64,000 nucleotides of DNA, from assembly GCA_943787445.1 (NCBI GenBank), contig CALSML010000012.1, positions 24,096 to 88,095 on the forward strand, in the 5' to 3' direction. The DNA is from an uncultured Alphaproteobacteria bacterium (lineage in GTDB: Bacteria; Pseudomonadota; Alphaproteobacteria; UBA6615). The position numbers and the translations under genes are program-made. Below are positions 1-11,257 of this stretch, one piece after another (position 1 is the stretch's first letter; each line of letters starts with the position of its first letter). Under the pieces are notes generated by a model. The model had not been told where the DNA came from. It worked only from the letters and a program-made list of their open reading frames with translations, and ran no database searches.

Positions 1-176
1 ATCATGTGTTCAAGCAGATGCGCCACTCCGTTCGTTTCAAGCGGTTCAAACCGCGCACCGGCGCGCACCCAAACGCCCATGGAGACAGATTCAACCGTCG
101 GCATCGGATCCGTAACGACCCGGACGCCATTGGCAAGCGTGGTGATCTGGACAATTTCCATAAAGTTCCTGTTCGC

Positions 177-1574
177 CTATCGGGACACAGCATGTGCGCA
201 GACATAGTCACGCACAGCCATGAAGTCATTGTCGAGCGTTTCTGCCGTTTCGTCTCTGTCCAGCAAATCTGCGAGATGCACCGGCAGTTCGGGTCGCAAG
301 CCAGTGGCTTTCTCTACCGCGTCGGGAAATTTGGCAGGATGGGCCGTTGCCAGAACGATCCGCTGATTCCCATCGCGCGGGGTTTTCCGGGCTGCGCCCA
401 CGGCAACTGCGGTGTGCGGATCGAGCAATATCCCGCATTCCTCATGCACCGATCTGATCACGTCGAGAGTCTCAGCATCGTCCAGCCTCTGGGCCTCAAA
501 AAGATCGCGCGCCTCCGCGCTCAACCGGGACGCACCCGGCAGTGCACCCTCGGCCCGAAAAGCCTGCATGGCAGCTAAAACAGCCGCGCCATCGCGGTCG
601 AGAAGATCAAACAGCAGACGCTCGAAATTGCTCGATACCTGAATATCCATACTCGGTGAGAGCGACGCTTCGACCTCCGTGATCGTCATGTCCCCCTGAG
701 CGAAGAAGCGATAGAGAATGTCATTGCGATTGGACGCCACAACCAGTTTCTCGATGGGAAGCCCCATCTTTCGGGCAGCGTAACCGGCATAGACATTGCC
801 AAAATTGCCCGTGGGAACCACAAAGGACAGCTTCGCATCCGGCACAGGCAGTTTGGCAGCCGCGGCAAAATAGTATGCGGTCTGCCCCATCACACGGGCC
901 CAGTTGATCGAATTCACCGCTGACAGATTGAGGGAGTCGCGCAGTTCGTGATCCGCGAACATTGCCTTCACCAGATCCTGACAGTCATCGAAGGTACCGC
1001 GCAGGGCAATATTGAAGACATTTTTAGACCGGACCGTCGTCATCTGACGACGCTGCACTTCCGAGACCCGCCCTTCGGGAAACAGCATGAAGATATCGAG
1101 ATTGTCGCGATCACGGCAGGCCTCGATCGCGGCCGAACCGGTGTCACCGGAAGTCGCCCCAACGATCGTCAGGTGTTCTCCGCGCTTGCCAAGTACATGG
1201 TCGAACAGGCCGCCAAGCAGCTGCAGGGCGAAGTCCTTGAAGGCCAGGGTCGGGCCGTGGAACAGCTCGAGCAACCAGGTGTCATCATCGATCTGGCGGA
1301 GCGGTGCAATCGCCGGATCGCGAAAACCGGCATAGGCCTGATCCACGATCTGCGCGAGTTCGGCATCGCTGATCAGCGATTCCTCGATGAACGGGCGCAC
1401 AATGCGCGTGACGATCCGGGTATAACTCAACGGTTCAAGCGCCGCCATCTCACTCGGGCCGACATGCGGCCACGCGGTCGGCACAAACAATCCGCCATCC
1501 CGCGCCAATCCACTCAACAGCACGTCCTCAAACGTCTGTTCGGGTGTCGAACCTCTGGTGCTCACATACTTCAC
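177..1574 (-). CDS. thrC: threonine synthase
   Basis: Intact 465-aa ORF. The N-terminus MKYVSTRGS and the PLP-lysine context GPTLAFKDFALQ are typical of long-form ThrC. Confidence 0.92.
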   Translation of the reverse strand: MKYVSTRGSTPEQTFEDVLLSGLARDGGLFVPTAWPHVGPSEMAALEPLSYTRIVTRIVRPFIEESLISDAELAQIVDQAYAGFRDPAIAPLRQIDDDTWLLELFHGPTLAFKDFALQLLGGLFDHVLGKRGEHLTIVGATSGDTGSAAIEACRDRDNLDIFMLFPEGRVSEVQRRQMTTVRSKNVFNIALRGTFDDCQDLVKAMFADHELRDSLNLSAVNSINWARVMGQTAYYFAAAAKLPVPDAKLSFVVPTGNFGNVYAGYAARKMGLPIEKLVVASNRNDILYRFFAQGDMTITEVEASLSPSMDIQVSSNFERLLFDLLDRDGAAVLAAMQAFRAEGALPGASRLSAEARDLFEAQRLDDAETLDVIRSVHEECGILLDPHTAVAVGAARKTPRDGNQRIVLATAHPAKFPDAVEKATGLRPELPVHLADLLDRDETAETLDNDFMAVRDYVCAHAVSR

Positions 1575-1641
1575 GGAAATTTCCTTCGCAAAAAGCGCGC
1601 TAACCTATCCAAGGCGTCTGGTGGATACAAGGTGACGCGCG

Positions 1642-3189
1642 CTAGGCGTCGCCGAGATACCGATGCTTCAAATGATCAAGAAACACCTGTGGATTGAGCG
1701 GTTCACCGGTTGCCGCTGCCAGAAGATCCTCGGCCGAGCGGAATGAACCCTGCCCATGCACATGGGTGCGAAGCCATCCGATCAGGGGAGACAACCGACC
1801 CTTGGAAATGTCCTCGCTCAGGCTTGGCAGATCACGTTGCGCCGCACCGTAGAGTTGCGCCGCGGCCATCGCACCCAGCGTATAAGTCGGAAAATAGCCG
1901 AAGGCCCCCGACGGCCAATGCACATCCTGCAGACAGCCCAGCCGATCATCCGGCGGCGTGATGCCCAACAGGTCATGCATGCCATCATTCCAGGCACCGG
2001 GCAGGTCTTTCAGGGGTAAATTGCCGGAGAGCAACGCCCGTTCCAAGCGATAGCGCAGCACCACATGAAGTGGGTAGGTCACTTCATCCGCATCAACCCG
2101 GATAAATCCGCGCTCAACACGCGTATAAAGACGATAGAAATTCTCCACATCCCATGCCGGACTATCAGATCCGAATGCGGCCTGCATATGCGGCATTGCG
2201 AATTCCAGAAACGTTCGCGAACGACTGACCTGCATTTCAATCAGCAGCGACTGACTTTCGTGGATGGCCATGCCCAGTGCCTTGCCCACAGGCTGATAGC
2301 GCCAGAGTTCCGGCAAACCGGCCTCATAGAGCGCATGACCTGTTTCGTGCAGGACCCCCATCAGGGATTCTGTAAAGTCATCTTCACTGTAGCGCGTGGT
2401 GATCCGGACATCGCCCGCCGCCCCGCCACAGAACGGATGATGGCTGATATCTAGCCGCCCGGCCCCGAAATCGAAGCCCAGTGCGTCCATCAACTGTGTC
2501 GCCAGCGCGCGCTGGGTTGCCACGGGAAACGGACCATCGGGCAGCACCGGTGCTGGTCCGGATGCCTGGTGCGCAATCACCTCCTCGACAAATCCGGGAA
2601 GATCACGCGCCAGTGTCCCGAACAGCGGTTCCAGCAGGCTTATCCGCGTGCCGGCTTCGAATTCATCAAGCAGCGCATCATAAGGATCGAGCGAAAAAGC
2701 TTCTGAACGCGCGGTGGCAATCTCTCCAACGTAATCAATCACTGTCTGCAGGGCAGGCACGAGGCTCGCAAAATCATTCTCGGCGCGCGCGCTACGCCAC
2801 TTGATCTCACAGACCGCATTGGCCCGGGCAGCTGCTTCCACCAGATCACCGGGCACTGCCGCAGCATAGGCGTAGCTGCGCCGCATCTCGCGCAGATTGG
2901 CCGCATCCCAGCTGTCCGGATCGTTATCCTGAAAAGCTTCTTGCGCGGCCAGGAGATTGTCTGCGACGGATGGATCCACCAGCAATTCGTGCCGCATCAC
3001 TCTCAGGGTTGCGATCTGTTCCGCCCGCCCATCTGCACTACCCTCCGGCATGGTAGTGGCCTGGTCCCAGTCAAGAATCCCCAGTGCATCACCGATCAGA
3101 GACGCCCGGCGAAACCTGTCGGTCAACGCCCCATAGGCCGGGTTTACAGATACTGTCTGCTGTTCGCTCACGAAGGCTCCCGACGCCAA
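1642..3189 (-). CDS. M32 family carboxypeptidase (Taq-type metallocarboxypeptidase)
   Basis: 515-aa ORF with the HExxH site LHETGHALYE, plus HPFCGG and IHESQS motifs characteristic of peptidase M32. The start is uncertain because it overlaps the SURF1 3' end by 22 nt. Confidence 0.86.
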   Translation of the reverse strand: MASGAFVSEQQTVSVNPAYGALTDRFRRASLIGDALGILDWDQATTMPEGSADGRAEQIATLRVMRHELLVDPSVADNLLAAQEAFQDNDPDSWDAANLREMRRSYAYAAAVPGDLVEAAARANAVCEIKWRSARAENDFASLVPALQTVIDYVGEIATARSEAFSLDPYDALLDEFEAGTRISLLEPLFGTLARDLPGFVEEVIAHQASGPAPVLPDGPFPVATQRALATQLMDALGFDFGAGRLDISHHPFCGGAAGDVRITTRYSEDDFTESLMGVLHETGHALYEAGLPELWRYQPVGKALGMAIHESQSLLIEMQVSRSRTFLEFAMPHMQAAFGSDSPAWDVENFYRLYTRVERGFIRVDADEVTYPLHVVLRYRLERALLSGNLPLKDLPGAWNDGMHDLLGITPPDDRLGCLQDVHWPSGAFGYFPTYTLGAMAAAQLYGAAQRDLPSLSEDISKGRLSPLIGWLRTHVHGQGSFRSAEDLLAAATGEPLNPQVFLDHLKHRYLGDA

Positions 3190-3872
3190 TGAAAAACAAT
3201 GAAGATCACCAGCAGCACCCCACCGACCCCGTACCAGGTTCCGGCATACTGGAGATGATTGTTGCGCAAATTCACATCCGGCACCGTACCTGCCGGCAGG
3301 GCGTCCGGCGCCTGAAGGTCCGGTCCGGCCTCCACATAGAATCCAACACCGTTTGACAGGCCGGCTGCGGCCAGCAGTTCAGGCTCGTTCATGTGAAACC
3401 AGTTATTCGCCTCCGGCTCGTTTGGCGGCAGAAACGCCGTGGGCTCGGTATAGGCCCGCACATAACCGTTCAGCGTGACCCGCGCCACAGGCTCCGCCGG
3501 AATGGCTTCAACCGGGCCCCGCGGAATCCAGCCCCGGTCGACCATAATCGTCCCCTGCCCGTCCTCGAGCACCAACGGCACCACCAGATGCGAACCCTGT
3601 TTGCCATTATGCACGCGATTGAGCAGTCGATACCGGTGGTCATTGCGCAACACGCCAGAGATGACAATTGGCCGATACTCAATCGTTTCGGGTGCACCCG
3701 CATTCTGCGCAGCCGCAAAATTCAGCGGTGGAGACGCAATGCGGTCCATGCGTGTCTGAATCAGATCGTTCTTCCAGGTCAGGCGCTGCACCTGCCATGT
3801 CCCGAGGGACATCAGCAGTACGAACACCGGAATAAAGACAATCGTCGCCCAGAATGTTGGTCGAAATCGCAT
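3168..3872 (-). CDS. SURF1 family cytochrome oxidase biogenesis protein
   Basis: 234-aa ORF with an N-terminal TM followed by GTWQVQRLTWK, and a C-terminal TM. It lies at the distal end of the cta cluster. Confidence 0.84.
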   Translation of the reverse strand: MRFRPTFWATIVFIPVFVLLMSLGTWQVQRLTWKNDLIQTRMDRIASPPLNFAAAQNAGAPETIEYRPIVISGVLRNDHRYRLLNRVHNGKQGSHLVVPLVLEDGQGTIMVDRGWIPRGPVEAIPAEPVARVTLNGYVRAYTEPTAFLPPNEPEANNWFHMNEPELLAAAGLSNGVGFYVEAGPDLQAPDALPAGTVPDVNLRNNHLQYAGTWYGVGGVLLVIFIVFHWRREPS

Positions 3873-3893
3873 GTCAGGTTGCGCCGATGTTCA

Positions 3894-4268
3894 CTAGCGG
3901 GTCTTGTCTGCATCATCGTCGACATCATGCCGGAACTGCTGCGCAATCAACCACGCCTTGAACGGACGCATCAGGGAAATGGCCCCGACCACGATGATCG
4001 GCAGCCAGACCACGAGATGCACCCAGACCGGTGGCTCGAAGGAGAACTGGAACCATGCGGCCAGCAGCAGGATGATCGCGCTGTAGATGACAATGATGAA
4101 AAAGGCCGGACCGTCATCAGCGTTTAATCGACTGTAGTCAAAATCGCAGACCGAGCATTGATTCCGGATTGTCAGCAAACCGACAAAGAGCTTGCCCTGC
4201 CCGCAACGCGGGCAGGCACAGCGTAAGCCGGTCTTGATACTGGATTGCCTTGGAAAATAGTCGACCAC
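3894..4268 (-). CDS. DUF983 domain-containing membrane protein
   Basis: 124 aa with a CPRCGQGKLF ... CSVCDFDY zinc-ribbon pair followed by two TM helices. It is commonly found between ctaE and SURF1 in alphaproteobacteria. Confidence 0.75.
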   Translation of the reverse strand: MVDYFPRQSSIKTGLRCACPRCGQGKLFVGLLTIRNQCSVCDFDYSRLNADDGPAFFIIVIYSAIILLLAAWFQFSFEPPVWVHLVVWLPIIVVGAISLMRPFKAWLIAQQFRHDVDDDADKTR

Positions 4269-4282
4269 GCAGCCTCAAAAGG

Positions 4283-5134
4283 TCAGGCGAAGGTTCCCCA
4301 GACATAAACGAAGCAGAACAGGAACAGCCACACCACGTCAACGAAGTGCCAGTACCAGGCAGCCGCCTCAAAGCCGAAGTGATGATCCTTCGTAAAATGC
4401 TCTTTCGAGCAACGCCACCAGCAAACCCCCAGGAAGAGGGTCCCGATGATCACGTGGAAGCCATGGAAACCGGTCGCCATGTAGAAGACCGATGAATAAA
4501 TGCCATCACGGAACCCAAAGGGCGCATGGGCATACTCAAAGGCCTGCAACAGGCTGAAGATGATTCCCAGCATCACCGTGAAGCCGATCATCTTGGCCGC
4601 ATGCTGCATCTTGCCCGCAAGGATGTCGTGATGGGCCCAGGTCACCGTGAAGCCCGAAGACAACAGGATCAGGGTGTTGAGCAGCGGAAGATCAAAGGGA
4701 TTGAAGACTTCGACCCCTGCCGGCGGCCAGACACCGCCCGTCGCCTCTTTCGGATAGAGGCTGGCATCGAAAAAGCCCCAGAACCAAGCGGCAAAGAACA
4801 TTACCTCGGAGATGATGAACAACATCATGCCGTAGCGTAGGCTGATCTGTACCACACTGGTGTGCATTTTCTGAAAGGTCGCTTCGTCGATCACGTCGCG
4901 CCACCAGCCCAGCATCGTCATCATCGCGACGATCAGACCCGGCGCCACAACCCAAAGCCCAATCGTCTTGAAGAACGGTTCCAGACCCAGACCAAACACC
5001 GACGGGTGCATGAAAATAATCAGGCCAACGGCCATCAACAAGCCGCCGATGGAACCCACAATGGGCCAAGGGCTTGGGTCCACCATGTGATAGGGGTGGT
5101 TGCCCTTTCCATGATCGTCTGCGTGATCGCTCAT
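4283..5134 (-). CDS. ctaE: cytochrome c oxidase subunit III
   Basis: Intact 283-aa polytopic ORF with the HPYHMVDPSPWP N-terminus and a WYWHFVDVVWLFLF C-terminal motif. Confidence 0.93.
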   Translation of the reverse strand: MSDHADDHGKGNHPYHMVDPSPWPIVGSIGGLLMAVGLIIFMHPSVFGLGLEPFFKTIGLWVVAPGLIVAMMTMLGWWRDVIDEATFQKMHTSVVQISLRYGMMLFIISEVMFFAAWFWGFFDASLYPKEATGGVWPPAGVEVFNPFDLPLLNTLILLSSGFTVTWAHHDILAGKMQHAAKMIGFTVMLGIIFSLLQAFEYAHAPFGFRDGIYSSVFYMATGFHGFHVIIGTLFLGVCWWRCSKEHFTKDHHFGFEAAAWYWHFVDVVWLFLFCFVYVWGTFA

Positions 5135-5160
5135 ACTCGTGTCTCTTTCAGCGGTGTTTC

Positions 5161-5778
5161 TTAGTTCACTTGGGTATCGATTTGGGTCGCAACCGCAGCC
5201 GCCTTGCGCTGGGCATCAGCATCCTGATCGCGAAAAAATGTATAGCTCAATGTGATCGCCGTGACATCGTCGAGATTCCTGTCCTCAACAATGGCCGGAT
5301 CGACAAAGAAGGTGACGGGCATCTGCACACTTTCACCGGCGGCCAGGGTCTGTTCAGTAAAACAGAAGCACTGGACCTTCACAAAATAGGGCGCGGCCTT
5401 AAGGGGCGTGACATTGAATGTCGCCGTTCCGGTCACGGGTTCACCCTGATTGTTCTCCGCCTCGAAAAAGGCCAGACCGGTCTCACCCACATGCAGATCG
5501 ATACTGCGTTGCACCGGTTTGAATCGCCAATCGAGTGACGGCTCGATATCGCTGTTAAAACGAACAGTAATCGGGCGATCGGTCAGAATCTCTTCGCTCT
5601 CGGGTCCACTGGCTTCAACCAGCGGCGTCCCGGCAAAACCGAATTTCTGGCAGAACGCGCGATAGGCCGGGACGGTTGCATAGGCAAAGCCGTTCATCGC
5701 TACAACCATCGCGACCAGCCCGACAAACACATAACGGTTACGACGGCGGCGCTGCGCCCGATGGTCTTGGGCGATCAT
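5161..5778 (-). CDS. ctaG: cytochrome c oxidase assembly protein CtaG/Cox11
   Basis: 205 aa with a single N-terminal TM, FCQKFGF, and the copper-binding CFCF motif (VQCFCFTEQ). Confidence 0.9.
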   Translation of the reverse strand: MIAQDHRAQRRRRNRYVFVGLVAMVVAMNGFAYATVPAYRAFCQKFGFAGTPLVEASGPESEEILTDRPITVRFNSDIEPSLDWRFKPVQRSIDLHVGETGLAFFEAENNQGEPVTGTATFNVTPLKAAPYFVKVQCFCFTEQTLAAGESVQMPVTFFVDPAIVEDRNLDDVTAITLSYTFFRDQDADAQRKAAAVATQIDTQVN

Positions 5779-5906
5779 CCGAGTAATCCCGCACGCGCTA
5801 CAAACACCAAATAGAAGATACCGATCAGGCCGAGGATCACCGCCGCCATGGCGTAGTTCTTTCCACGCTGTTCACGGTGACGTTCGCTGAGATAACGTTT
5901 TGCCAT
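5775..5906 (-). CDS. small single-TM membrane protein (hypothetical) between ctaB and ctaG
   Basis: 43-aa reading MAKRYLSERHREQRGKNYAMAAVILGLIGIFYLVFVARAGLLG. Its stop overlaps the ctaG start as ATGA. The longer track ORF to 5957 runs into ctaB. Confidence 0.45.
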   Translation of the reverse strand: MAKRYLSERHREQRGKNYAMAAVILGLIGIFYLVFVARAGLLG

Positions 5907-5913
5907 CAGCCGA

Positions 5914-6849
5914 TCACCCGCCCAGTCCAAGCAAAATGTCTGCCAGCAGCAAGGCAAAAATCAGAAACAGAATAAAGCAGCGAGAACTTGAACATCGCGC
6001 GTGCAGCCTGATCATCGGCCGCGTCCGGCTCCCGCATCACCCGCACGGCGCTTGCGATGAAGGCCAGCCCCAGAACCGCGGCTCCGACGGCATAAAGCAG
6101 TCCGGTGGCACCCAGAAAATAAGGGATCAGGCTCACCGGTCAGCAGAAGCAGCGTGTATACCAGCATCTGGCGCTTGGTCGAGATCCGACCGGCGACCAC
6201 CGGCATCATCGGCACGCCTGCGCGGGCATAATCGCTGCTGCGGTGCAGGGCCAGCGCCCAGAAATGAGGTGGAGTCCACAGAAAGATGATTGCGAACAAC
6301 GCGATCGGCACCAATGTCACATCACCGGTCACCGACGCCCACCCGATCATCGGCGGGGAATGCGCCTGCCGCACCGCCAATTACAATGTTCTGCGGTGTA
6401 CGGCGCTTCAGCCAGACCGTATAGACAAGGACATAGAAGAGGATAGCCAGCGCCAGCAGCCCCCCGGCAACCAGATTTGTCGTCAGGGACATCAGCACGA
6501 CCGAGAGCAGTGCCAGAACAACCGCAAAACCGAGCGCATCACTAGACGCCACGCGACCGGCCGGCAACGGGCGGTTGGATGTCCGCGTCATGAGCGCATC
6601 GATATCGCGCTCGTACCACATGTTCACCGCACCGGCAGCGCCCGAGCCCACAGCGATACACAGGATCGCGACAATGGCCAGCAAGGGGTGCAGCGTTCCC
6701 GGAGCCACAAACAAACCCACCGCGCCAGAGAACACGACAAGCGTCATTACCCGTGGCTTCAGCAGTGCCACGAAATCCGACACACGCGATGCCGGCGCCT
6801 CCACAAGCGCGGCACCATCGGTGCGATTTAGATAGGCGGCGTCTGCCAC
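5914..6849 (-). pseudogene. ctaB: protoheme IX farnesyltransferase (heme O synthase), interrupted by three frameshifts
   Basis: The CtaB sequence is spread over track ORFs 6322..6849, 6012..6380 and 5906..6136, plus a fourth stretch reading LFLIFALLLADILLGLGG-stop (stop at 5914..5916). The junctions are [16 protein letters not shown] at G-run 6355-6358, [14 protein letters not shown] near 6140, and FKFSLLY/LFLIF near 5972. Confidence 0.85.
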
Positions 6850-6875
6850 AGGCTCAGCTCCGCAATCTGCCGCGC

Positions 6876-8511
<1,636 letters not shown>

Positions 8512-8531
8512 CGTAAATTCTCCTAGCCGCG

Positions 8532-9413
8532 CTATCGCGCAGTTGCGGGTATAGTGACCACTTCGTTTCTCACAACCTGAATCGGACGCGGCGAAAGATC
8601 ATTTTCGCTTTCTCCGAACTGGGCCTGTGCCTTGGTCACCCAAGCATTGAACTCCGCCTCCGAAACCGCGCGAATAGCCAACGGCATAAAGGCATGGCCC
8701 GCGCCACAAAGCTCGGAACACTGACCATAATACATGCCCGGCTCGTCAATCTCGAACCAGGTTTCATTGGTGCGACCCGGAACGGCATCGATCTTCGAGC
8801 CCAGAGCCGGCATCGCGAAGGCGTGGAGAACATCCGAAGAAGTCACCAGCACACGCACTTTCTTACCCACCGGAAGAACGAGGTTTTCGTCGCTTGTCAG
8901 CAGACGCGGCTGGCCTTCCTTGAGTTCTTCCTCAGGCACCATGAAGGCATCAAAGGTGAAATCACCATTATCAGGATATTCATAGGACCAGTACCACTGA
9001 CGCCCGATAACCTTAATCGTTATATCAGCATCCGCCGTATCGTCCGTCGCATAAAGCAGTGGCAGGGAATAGAAGCCGATCACAAACAAGATGACCACCG
9101 GAATGACGGTCCAGAGAACCTCAATCGTGGTGTTGTGTGTCACCCGGGACGGAATCGGGTTCTTGCTTTCGCGAAAACGGACGATCACGTAAAGCAGCAG
9201 CGCCAGCACAAAGATCGAAATCGCGCAGATCACCCAAAGCAAGAGGTCGTGAAACGACGTCATCTGCTTCATGATCGGCGAATGCGCCTCCTGGAAACCA
9301 AGTTGCCAAGGCGTCGGCTGCTGCGCCAAAGCCGGCGCGGCAAACATTCCAAACAATGCTGCCAGACCAAACAGGCCCAGACCGCGCGTCAGGTGAAATC
9401 GGATTTTCGTCAT
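8532..9413 (-). CDS. ctaC: cytochrome c oxidase subunit II
   Basis: Signal peptide MTKIRFHLTRGLGLFGLAALFGMFAAPALA, two TM helices, and the CuA site CSELCGAGHAFMP. I take the start at the ATG at 9413 rather than the track start at 9617. Confidence 0.92.
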   Translation of the reverse strand: MTKIRFHLTRGLGLFGLAALFGMFAAPALAQQPTPWQLGFQEAHSPIMKQMTSFHDLLLWVICAISIFVLALLLYVIVRFRESKNPIPSRVTHNTTIEVLWTVIPVVILFVIGFYSLPLLYATDDTADADITIKVIGRQWYWSYEYPDNGDFTFDAFMVPEEELKEGQPRLLTSDENLVLPVGKKVRVLVTSSDVLHAFAMPALGSKIDAVPGRTNETWFEIDEPGMYYGQCSELCGAGHAFMPLAIRAVSEAEFNAWVTKAQAQFGESENDLSPRPIQVVRNEVVTIPATAR

Positions 9414-9693
9414 ACGATCGCTTCCATCTGGCAGGCGTTCACGCAAAATATTCTCGCGCGCAAGCCCGTCTCCAAAACCTTTGAACGGATCCAAAAATAC
9501 CCCAGAGCACCGCGCCCAACAAGTCATCCCCCATACCTTCCAAGGCCTTGGGACACCATGTCGCAGCGCCCTGAATCTGGGTCTGCACACCGGAAATCGG
9601 GCTTCAAGTGCTGACAATCGATCCCGATCCTCCCATATTGTTCAACAGGGTCACCTTTTCGATCCCCTTCAAATCTGCAAATGGCGCGCTCCG

Positions 9694-11127
9694 ATGACCG
9701 ATATTGCCCGTACCGAAGAGTTGTTTTTCACCCGCAACGGCATGGAACCGGATCGGGTGACAGGTCAGGTCGGCGAGGCCCTGAATGGTACAGATGACGG
9801 TGAACTCTTTCTGGAATACCGCCAGAGCGAAAGCATCACCTTTGATGATGGGCGGGTGCGCAATGCCAGCTTCGACACCACTCAGGGATTCGGATTACGC
9901 GCGGTCGCAGGCGAAGCGACCGGCTATGCCCATTCCACCGAACTGAGCGAGGCGGCCATCAGCCGGGCCAGCGAGACCGTGCGCGCCGTACGCAATGGCA
10001 CGGGTGGAACAATGGCCGAACCTCCGGCCAACACCAATCGCGACCTCTATACCGACACCAACCCGCTCGGCGAGATGGCCTTTGAAGACAAGGTCAAGCT
10101 GCTGGCCGAGATCGATGCCTATGCTCGCGACGCCGACAGCCGGGTTCGTCAGGTGACCGCATCCCTGGCCGGGACGTGGCAGGCCGTACAGATTTTGCGT
10201 GGTGACGGCGAACGACGCGGAGATATCCGCCCGTTGGTCCGTTTGAATGTTTCCCTGATGGTGGGTCAGGGTGATCGTCAGGAAACCGGCTCCCATGGCG
10301 TTGGTGGACGCGCCGTCTACGATCAGTGGATTTCCCCGGAAAACTGGCAGTCCCAGGTCGATGAAGCCCTGCGTCAGGCATTGGTCAACCTGGACTCCGT
10401 GCCCGCTCCTGCTGGTGAGATGCCCGTGGTTCTCGGACCGGGCTGGCCTGGCGTTCTGCTGCACGAGGCCATCGGTCATGGCCTCGAAGGCGACTTCAAC
10501 CGCAAGAAAACCTCGGCTTTCGCAAATCTTCTGGGCGAACGGGTGGCTGCGCCGGGCGTAACCGTCGTCGATGACGGCACCCTGCCCGATCGCCGCGGTT
10601 CCATCACCATCGATGACGAAGGCACCCCCAGCGGGTCCAATGTGCTGATCGAGGATGGCATCCTGAAGGGCTACATGCAGGACCGGCTGAACGCCCGTCT
10701 GATGGGCGTGGCCCCGACAGGCAATGGTCGGCGTGAGTCCTTCGCTCACCACCCCATGGCCCGCATGACCAACACCTACATGCTGGACGGCACCGCCGAC
10801 CCCGAGGAGTGCATCAAAGCAGCCAAGACCGGCATCTATGCCGTCAATTTCGGCGGCGGGCAGGTCGACATCACCAATGGCAAGTTCGTGTTCAGCTGTA
10901 CCGAGGCCTATCTGATCGAGGACGGCAAGCTTGGCGCGCCGGTCAAGGGCGCGACACTGATCGGCAACGGACCCGATGCCCTGACCCGAGTGAAGCTCAT
11001 CGGGAATGACTCCAAACTCGATGATGGTGTGGGCACGTGCGGCAAGGACGGGCAATCGGTTCCCGTGGGTGTGGGGCAGCCCACCATGATGCTCGAATCC
11101 CTCACGGTCGGCGGTACGGCTGTCTGA
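9694..11127 (+). CDS. tldD: metalloprotease TldD
   Basis: 477 aa from the ATG at 9694. It has the HEAIGHGLEGD metal-site motif and TldD/PmbA family architecture. Confidence 0.9.
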   Translation: MTDIARTEELFFTRNGMEPDRVTGQVGEALNGTDDGELFLEYRQSESITFDDGRVRNASFDTTQGFGLRAVAGEATGYAHSTELSEAAISRASETVRAVRNGTGGTMAEPPANTNRDLYTDTNPLGEMAFEDKVKLLAEIDAYARDADSRVRQVTASLAGTWQAVQILRGDGERRGDIRPLVRLNVSLMVGQGDRQETGSHGVGGRAVYDQWISPENWQSQVDEALRQALVNLDSVPAPAGEMPVVLGPGWPGVLLHEAIGHGLEGDFNRKKTSAFANLLGERVAAPGVTVVDDGTLPDRRGSITIDDEGTPSGSNVLIEDGILKGYMQDRLNARLMGVAPTGNGRRESFAHHPMARMTNTYMLDGTADPEECIKAAKTGIYAVNFGGGQVDITNGKFVFSCTEAYLIEDGKLGAPVKGATLIGNGPDALTRVKLIGNDSKLDDGVGTCGKDGQSVPVGVGQPTMMLESLTVGGTAV

Positions 11128-11257
11128 CCGCGGGTTTCGCTCCTGCCTTCTCGTCAGGTGAGCATCACGGATAATTTGTCACGCTGATCGTCCCGATTGC
11201 AGATAAAGTCTGCCCGGTGACAACCAAGCCAGCCCACGCTGGCCATGAGGAACGTCG

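Noticed and set aside
8532-9617. Long N-terminal extensions suggested by the ORF track for ctaC (to 9617), tldD (from 9481), egtB (to 52377), the LLM gene (to 55007), CitE (from 56366), Ldh_2 (from 58738), apaG (from 62535), the M16 gene (to 39926) and the pseudouridine synthase (from 32412).
   Set aside because: The extensions are Arg/Pro/Ser-rich, overlap neighbouring genes or the tRNA, and precede internal ATG codons. Those ATGs coincide with the family N-terminus, a signal peptide or a Shine-Dalgarno-like purine tract. I used the shorter coordinates.
9895-11055. 386-aa ORF antisense to tldD. Similar long antisense or out-of-frame ORFs occur at 8694..9614, 11471..12586, 12929..14203, 23866..24828, 26468..27502, 27502..28530, 34333..35748, 35797..36933, 36982..38220, 42709..44187, 45651..46643, 52786..53802, 54021..54962, 54784..55818 and 58870..59799.
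   Set aside because: Each lies entirely within a confidently identified gene on the other strand or in another frame. Their compositions are Arg/Gly/Pro/His-rich and low-complexity, typical of shadow ORFs in GC-rich DNA, and they show no recognisable motifs.
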